Assembly: GCA_005222975.1 (NCBI GenBank)
Contig: NJBI01000013.1
Location: forward strand, 1 to 61,996
Length of the DNA: 61,996 bases
Direction: 5' to 3'
DNA from: Promethearchaeota archaeon Loki_b31
GTDB lineage: Archaea; Asgardarchaeota; Lokiarchaeia; Sigyniarchaeales; SOKP01
Positions 61,133 to 61,996 of this stretch are shown one piece after another. The notes under the pieces are model-generated. The model searched no databases. It saw only the letters and a program-made list of their open reading frames with translations, and had not been told where the DNA came from. The translations under genes were made by a program, and so were the position numbers. Within the stretch, counting starts at the first letter, position 1. The number at the start of each line of letters is the position of its first letter.

Positions 61133-61795
61133 GTTAGCATAGATTGGGAGCGTGCTGAACTAGCACCGAATAAAAGTCAGAAGGTAGAGGGTAGAATCTT
61201 ATTAGATCTACGCGCTAAAATCAATGAATTGGAAAGAGACTTAGTTAAGTACAAAGAAGATCTAAGAAATACAAAAGAGATTTTAAAAGAAACTCAAAAT
61301 AAATTAATTGGTAGAGAAAGAAGCCTTGTCAAAATTAGTGAAAAGTTTTCATCAGCTAAAAAGAGTTTAGATATTGTTTCTGAGGATAAATTAAATGTTG
61401 ATATAGAATTAACACGATTAAAGCCAAACCTTGAAGAACTTAAAGAAGAAGTGTTAAGAGCAAATGAAAATATTGAAAGATTAGAAAGTGAGTGGAGGTT
61501 TTCGTCAGAAAAAGCAGCTGATATGGAACATAAATTAAAGTTTAAAGATAAAGAGATAGAAAACCATAAAAACGATATGGAAAAGAGAAAAATCGAAATT
61601 AATATCCTAAACGGAAAAATTAAGGAGAATCGAGAAGAAACAGAGGAATTGATTAAAAAAATAAAATCGCTCGAAACTCAGCTTTCAGAAGTTAAAGCAT
61701 CACCTATAATTTTGGAGCGAATAAGAGATGTAATGATGCACAAGGGCTTTCTTACAGATAAGGAGCTCGATCTGATATTTAAGGAATTTGAGTAA
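61133..61795 (+). CDS. Coiled-coil protein; probable start upstream of the ORF-track TTG (GTT 61133)
   Basis: Frame open from 61118: VSIDWERAELAPNKSQKVEGRILLDLRAKINELE; AGGTG ends 7 nt before GTT. Confidence 0.7.
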   Translation, partial: VSIDWERAELAPNKSQKVEGRILLDLRAKINELERDLVKYKEDLRNTKEILKETQNKLIGRERSLVKISEKFSSAKKSLDIVSEDKLNVDIELTRLKPNLEELKEEVLRANENIERLESEWRFSSEKAADMEHKLKFKDKEIENHKNDMEKRKIEINILNGKIKENREETEELIKKIKSLETQLSEVKASPIILERIRDVMMHKGFLTDKELDLIFKEFE

Positions 61796-61950
61796 TACAC
61801 TGATATTTTATAAATTTTTTATCTTGAAATCTATTTTAAAGTTGTATATATACGATTAAAATATTAACTTGAAAAGATTAAATATCTTGTAGTATAAAAA
61901 TATTAATATAAAATAATACAATAAAAAAAATTATTAATGGTGTGAGAAGT

Positions 61951-61996
61951 ATTTCGGTAGATTGGTCTAAAGCAAAAGAAAAACCTGATAAAAAGC
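61951..61996 (+). CDS. 5' end of a probable tandem paralogue (partial)
   Basis: ISVDWSKAKEKPDKK aligns with VSIDWERAELAPNKS. Confidence 0.55.
   Translation, partial: MSVDWSKAKEKPDKK

Overview
AT-rich archaeal DNA, most consistent with an Asgard (Lokiarchaeia-like) chromosome: Rab-like and MglA-like GTPases, a roadblock protein, longin-like domains and an actin homologue sit among archaeal housekeeping genes (deoxyhypusine synthase, pdaD, cofE-like, asnS, gatA/gatB) and bacterial-type gyrA/gyrB, the latter with an HNH intein. All calls are motif recognition by eye; no searches were run. Main points: (1) 1-8859, two 7TM-longin genes and a large single-pass receptor-longin gene around two Rab-like GTPases; (2) a ~760-bp compositionally foreign insert with virus-like small ORFs splitting one 7TM gene; (3) an IS remnant joined to an N-terminally truncated TIR-AbiTii gene; (4) an actin-homologue cluster with apparently inactive CHAT and PLD-fold proteins; (5) a giant acidic-repeat/GIY-YIG-like gene broken at an A10 run, with divergent RHH-like mini-genes upstream; (6) a 6880-bp integrase-less island bounded by 144-bp direct repeats (60-bp identical core) at the cofE-pdaD junction, carrying a membrane GNAT, a SelO/kinase-like protein and a coiled-coil protein plus deoxyhypusine synthase; (7) three genes with probable non-canonical starts. 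No rRNA, tRNA or CRISPR array was recognised.
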